10,912 nt of DNA from a virus (lineage: Duplodnaviria; Heunggongvirae; Uroviricota; Caudoviricetes). The notes under the pieces were generated by a model, which was not told where the DNA came from, searched no databases, and saw only the letters and a list, made by a program, of their open reading frames with translations. A program made the position numbers and the translations under genes. Below are positions 7,837 to 10,912 of the stretch, piece by piece (positions within the stretch are counted from its first letter, which is position 1; each line of letters starts with the position of its first letter). The stretch lies in the IMG/VR virus record IMGVR_UViG_2667527592_000012, one strand, 5' to 3'.

Positions 7837-8933
7837 ATTTCAGCTCTGAACTGCTTAACAAAGGCAACAAAACTCCCGCATTCAGCATCAGTATTGAGGG
7901 AAAGGATATCACCACTGTGCTGGATAACCGCCTGATGAGTCTGACGCTGACGGACAATCGGGGCTTTGAAGCAGACCAGCTTGATCTGGAACTGGACGAC
8001 GCCGACGGAAAAATCGTGCTGCCGCGCCGTGGTGCGGTCATCACGCTGGCGCTGGGCTGGAAGGGGCAGCCGCTTTTCCCTAAAGGGGCATTCACAGTGG
8101 ACGAGATTGAACACACTGGCGCACCGGACCGCCTGACTATCCGGGCGCGAAGTGCTGATTTTCGGGAAACGCTGAATACCCGCCGTGAAAAATCGTGGCA
8201 TAAGACCACCGTCGGGGAAGTGGTGAAGGAAATAGCCGCGCGGCACAAGCTGAAGATGGCACTGGGTAAAGACCTGTCGGATAAGCCCGTGGAGCATATA
8301 GACCAGACTAATGAGAGTGACGGCAGTTTTCTGATGCGGCTGGCGCGACAGTACGGTGCCATCGCGTCGGTGAAAAATGGCAATCTGTTATTCATCCGGC
8401 AGGGGCAGGGCAAAAGCGCCACTGGTAAACCTCTGTCAGTGATAACTATCACACGCAAGGACGGCGACAGTCACCGATTTACCCTGGCAGATCGCGGAGC
8501 CTACGCGGGCGTAATTGCCAGCTGGTTGCATACCCGCGAACCTGCGAAGAAAGAAAGCACCACGGTGAAGCGTAAGCGCAGAACTAAGAAGCAGAAGAAA
8601 GAGCCAGAAGCGAAGCAGGGCGATTACCTGGTGGGTACGGATGAAAACGTGCTGGTACTTAATCGCACTTATGCCAACCGGAGCAACGCCGAACGAGCGG
8701 CGAAAATGCAGTGGGAACGCCTGCAACGCGGCGTTGCGTCATTTTCTCTACAACTGGCAGAAGGGCGGGCAGATCTCTACACGGAAATGCCTGTGAAGGT
8801 CAGTGGTTTTAAACAGCCGATAGATGATGCGGAATGGATCATTACGACTCTGACACATACCGTCAGCCCGGATAACGGTTTTACAACCAGTATTGAACTT
8901 GAAGTGAAAATTAATGATCTTGAAATGGAATAA
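7833..8933 (+). CDS. D: Tail protein gpD (phage late control D family)
   Basis: 366 aa; GTG start overlapping the U stop (GTGA); last gene of the late tail operon, immediately before ogr, as in P2. Confidence 0.88.
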   Translation: MNFSSELLNKGNKTPAFSISIEGKDITTVLDNRLMSLTLTDNRGFEADQLDLELDDADGKIVLPRRGAVITLALGWKGQPLFPKGAFTVDEIEHTGAPDRLTIRARSADFRETLNTRREKSWHKTTVGEVVKEIAARHKLKMALGKDLSDKPVEHIDQTNESDGSFLMRLARQYGAIASVKNGNLLFIRQGQGKSATGKPLSVITITRKDGDSHRFTLADRGAYAGVIASWLHTREPAKKESTTVKRKRRTKKQKKEPEAKQGDYLVGTDENVLVLNRTYANRSNAERAAKMQWERLQRGVASFSLQLAEGRADLYTEMPVKVSGFKQPIDDAEWIITTLTHTVSPDNGFTTSIELEVKINDLEME

Positions 8934-9001
8934 ATGGTTCTCAATATTGATATTTTGTGTATCATTGCATTGATTCTGATAGCAAAGGTAGGGATCTGTA
9001 T

Positions 9002-9220
9002 ATGATGAATTGTCCAAAGTGTGGTCATGCGGCGCACACAAGGAGCAGTTTTCAAGTAACGGAAAGCACCAAAGAGCGTTACTGCCAGTGCCAAAATATT
9101 AACTGCGGGAGCACTTTTGTTACCCATGAAACAGTGGTCCGGTTTATTGTGACACCCGCACTGATTGCTACTGCTCCTCCACATCCATTGCCAGGTGGTC
9201 AGGGGCATATGAATTTTTGA
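9002..9220 (+). CDS. ogr: Late transcription activator Ogr (Ogr/Delta zinc-finger family)
   Basis: 72 aa from ATG 9002: MMNCPKCGHAAHTRSSFQVTESTKERYCQCQNINCGSTFVTHETVVRFIVTP... with the C-x2-C...C-x4-C zinc finger; same length as P2 Ogr (recalled). AGGG 8 nt upstream. Confidence 0.9.
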   Translation: MMNCPKCGHAAHTRSSFQVTESTKERYCQCQNINCGSTFVTHETVVRFIVTPALIATAPPHPLPGGQGHMNF

Positions 9221-9227
9221 GAAAGAG

Positions 9228-9251
9228 AACCTGCTACGGCAGGTTTTTATT
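9228..9251. terminator. Intrinsic terminator after ogr, shared with the convergent cargo ORF
   Basis: 7-bp stem AACCTGC/GCAGGTT with 4-nt loop TACG followed by TTTATT on the + strand; overlaps the stop codon of the - strand ORF. Confidence 0.6.
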
Positions 9252-9729
9252 CATCTGGGATCTCACCCGTTTCAAGAAAATGTATAAAGCCAGGCTCATC
9301 TATGATGATTGTGCCTTTCATCCTGGCTGCCGATACTTTTGATGGGCCTGCATTGTAACCGCAACAGAGCATCTGAAGGCTTTGGGTTACAGAGGTTCTT
9401 ACCGTTAATCCTTGTTCATTCGCCTTATCAACCAATCTTTCTTTATCTGCTTTCTTAAATCCGGTGAAACACACATCGAATGTATTTTTTTTCGGACCAG
9501 ACTGCTTAGTGAGATGTGAGTAGTTTTCGGGGAGGAATGACGCGCATTCCTGAATGGCTTGTTCTGGTGAATCGTACTGTTTAAGAATGCGGTCTTTTCG
9601 GAAGGTTTTTATTCGATCGGTGTTCTTACAAATGCCCTGTATATGATTTTCGCTATAACTGATGCTCTGTATAGAGTGAACACCGATACGACCATTTGCA
9701 TTGATGTAAACAAAGTGAAGTTCTTCCAT
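9247..9729 (-). CDS. Hypothetical cargo protein, 160 aa; N-terminal WYL-like motif and C-terminal BRCT-like region (both inferred by eye)
   Basis: Intact ORF with AGAGG 6 nt upstream of ATG; visibly AT-rich relative to the flanking late genes. C-terminus FDVCFTGFKKADKERLVDKANEQGLTVRTSVTQSLQMLCCGYNAGPSKVSAARMKGTIIIDEPGFIHFL aligns by eye with the LigA BRCT domain; N-terminus ends in RIKTFRKDRI, reminiscent of the WYL-domain R-x-FR-x-DRI signature. Confidence 0.75.
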   Translation of the reverse strand: MEELHFVYINANGRIGVHSIQSISYSENHIQGICKNTDRIKTFRKDRILKQYDSPEQAIQECASFLPENYSHLTKQSGPKKNTFDVCFTGFKKADKERLVDKANEQGLTVRTSVTQSLQMLCCGYNAGPSKVSAARMKGTIIIDEPGFIHFLETGEIPDE

Positions 9730-9755
9730 GTGAAACCTCTTTGCATGATTTCAAG

Positions 9756-9794
9756 ATGGCGACAGGCAAGATGGACGCAAAAGTCTGTCGCCAT
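9756..9794. repeat. Perfect 10-bp inverted repeat (ATGGCGACAG ... CTGTCGCCAT, 19-bp spacer) in the cargo-gene upstream region
   Basis: Read directly from the sequence; an 8-bp direct repeat CAAGATGG occurs at 9752-9759 and 9767-9774. Confidence 0.5.
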
Positions 9795-9810
9795 TTTGCC
9801 GCCACTACCA

Positions 9811-9844
9811 AAGAAAAAGGGGCTACGCTTTCACGTAACCCCTT
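9811..9844 (-). terminator. Intrinsic terminator of ssrA, encoded on the prophage side of the junction
   Basis: On the - strand, 8 nt after the tmRNA 3' end: stem AAGGGG...CCCCTT with an inner 4-bp extension and 6-nt loop, followed by TTTTTCTT. Confidence 0.65.
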
Positions 9845-9852
9845 GATTTATT

Positions 9853-10215
9853 TGATGGAGCTGGCGGGAGTTGAACCCGCGTCCGAAATTCCTACATCCT
9901 CGGTACTACATGCTTAGTCAGTCTTTACATTCGCTTGCCAGCTGCGGACGGACACGCCACTAACAAACTAGCCTGATTAAGTTTTAACGCTTCAACCCCA
10001 GGCAGGGCTTCCACGCGATCTCTTTTGGGTTTGACCTCTCTTGATCCCCGTCCTAAGAGCGGAGGCTAGGGAGAGAGGGCTCTAAGCAGGTTATTAAGCT
10101 GCTAAAGCGTAGTTTTCGTCGTTTGCGACTATTTTTTGCGGCTTTTTACGAGGCCAACCGCCCCTCGGCATGCACCTTGGGTTTCGCAAATCCCGTCGAA
10201 TCCAGAATCAGCCCC
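9853..10215 (-). ncRNA. ssrA: tmRNA (SsrA), 363 nt
   Basis: The reverse complement begins GGGGCTGATTCTGGATTCGACGGG and matches the E. coli tmRNA sequence as I recall it through ...CCCGCCAGCTCCA; the terminal triplet reads TCA rather than CCA. Confidence 0.95.
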
Positions 10216-10229
10216 AATGTGTAACGGTA

Positions 10230-10262
10230 AGTATACCAGATTTATGAGCAGCATGACTAGCC
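10230..10262 (-). promoter_or_regulatory. Candidate ssrA promoter (-10 TATACT, weak -35)
   Basis: On the - strand TATACT ends 14 nt upstream of the mature tmRNA 5' end, consistent with a short processed leader; the -35 is poorly matched. Confidence 0.35.
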
Positions 10263-10429
10263 CAAAAGGCGTTATCATCCTGGAATTAGCGCCTGCATAG
10301 TATGATTTTTTTTCGATTAAGCAATGGGATGGCTACATCTGTGTCAGATTTGACAGTCGATAAGATGTTCATTCGCGCCACCGGATAGGGAGGCGCGGTG
10401 AGGATTTGATTAGTATCGCTTATATAGGT

Positions 10430-10912
10430 TTAACGGTGGGCATTTTTCATGATACGCGCTTTATCCACCTGCCATTCGCGTTCTTTGATATCTGAACGTT
10501 TATCGTGCTGTTTCTTACCTTTGGCGACGCCGATTTTCACTTTGCACCAGGCATTTTTCCAGTACAGGGAGAGCGCCACTACGGTATAGCCTTCTCGATT
10601 GACGCGACCGTACAATGAGTCCAGTTCGCGCTGGTTGAGAAGTAACTTGCGGGTACGGGTAGGATCGCACACCACATGCGTGGAGGCCACAGCCATTGGC
10701 GTGATGTTAGCGCCAAACAGAAATGCCTCTCCGTCGCGCAGAAGGACATAGCTGTCGCTGATATTGGCTTTTCCTGCGCGCAGGGATTTAACCTCCCAGC
10801 CTTGCAGGGCAAGTCCCGCTTCGAACTCTTCTTCGATAAAGTATTCGTGACGGGCGCGCTTGTTAAGCGCGATGGTCGCTGAACCAGGTTTATGTGCTTT
10901 TTTCTTCGTCAT
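10430..10912 (-). CDS. smpB: SsrA-binding protein SmpB (complete)
   Basis: 160 aa, [51 protein letters not shown]...; recognised as E. coli SmpB, directly upstream of ssrA on the same strand. The start codon is the last three bases of the window. Confidence 0.97.

Larger units (their letters stand above)
1..9860. mobile_element. P2-like prophage, right-end portion (tail-fibre switch, late tail operon, ogr, cargo gene), ending at the attachment junction inside the 3' end of ssrA
   Basis: Gene order and protein similarity to P2 FI-FII-E/E'-T-U-D-ogr recalled from memory; abuts the 3' end of tmRNA, where identity to the canonical tmRNA sequence stops. The left boundary is off-window. Confidence 0.85.

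Noticed and set aside
7647-8458. 216-aa and 217-aa - strand ORFs overlapping U and D; also - strand ORFs 8436-8726, 8748-9041 and 8777-9208 overlapping D and ogr
   Set aside because: Antisense frames inside conserved late genes; the translations are low-complexity and the ORFs cross real gene boundaries.
8957-9001. N-terminally extended Ogr beginning at GTG 8957 (87 aa) as given in the ORF track
   Set aside because: ATG 9002 gives a 72-aa product with the zinc finger starting at residue 4, as in P2 Ogr, and has a ribosome-binding site; the extension has no RBS and would run through the probable ogr promoter.
9643-9846. 67-aa + strand ORF and 61-aa - strand ORF (9609-9794) across the cargo-gene start and junction
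   Set aside because: They overlap the better-supported 160-aa gene and the regulatory repeat region; no RBS; likely chance frames.
10306-10313. T8 run in the smpB-ssrA intergenic region as a possible terminator T-tract
   Set aside because: It is an A-run on the transcribed (-) strand and has no preceding hairpin; more likely just AT-rich promoter-upstream DNA.
1-10912. CRISPR arrays, tRNA genes and insertion sequences
   Set aside because: No regularly spaced direct repeats, no tRNA-like cloverleaf apart from the tRNA-like domain of tmRNA, and no transposase-like ORF or terminal inverted repeats were seen.

Overview
This window is the right-hand end of a P2-like (myovirus) prophage integrated at the 3' end of the tmRNA gene ssrA in an E. 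coli-type chromosome. Left to right it holds: (i) part of an invertible tail-fibre switch, with a 5'-truncated tail fibre assembly gene on the + strand, an inverted second tfa plus a silent alternative fibre C-terminal cassette on the - strand, a 26-bp Hin/Gin-type crossover site and a serine DNA invertase gene; (ii) the conserved P2 late tail operon FI (sheath), FII (tube), E and E+E' (chaperone pair made by -1 frameshift at TTTTTTG), T (tape measure), U and D, preceded by a TGT-N12-ACA Ogr-type activator site; (iii) ogr, the zinc-finger late activator, with a terminator; (iv) an AT-rich 160-aa cargo ORF on the opposite strand between ogr and the attachment junction, whose N-terminus looks WYL-like and C-terminus BRCT-like, the most interesting candidate for an undescribed accessory function; (v) the prophage/chromosome junction inside the 3' end of ssrA, where the encoded CCA reads UCA and the phage side supplies the terminator; (vi) host ssrA and complete smpB on the - strand. 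All calls come from reading the sequence and recalled family knowledge; no database search was run.
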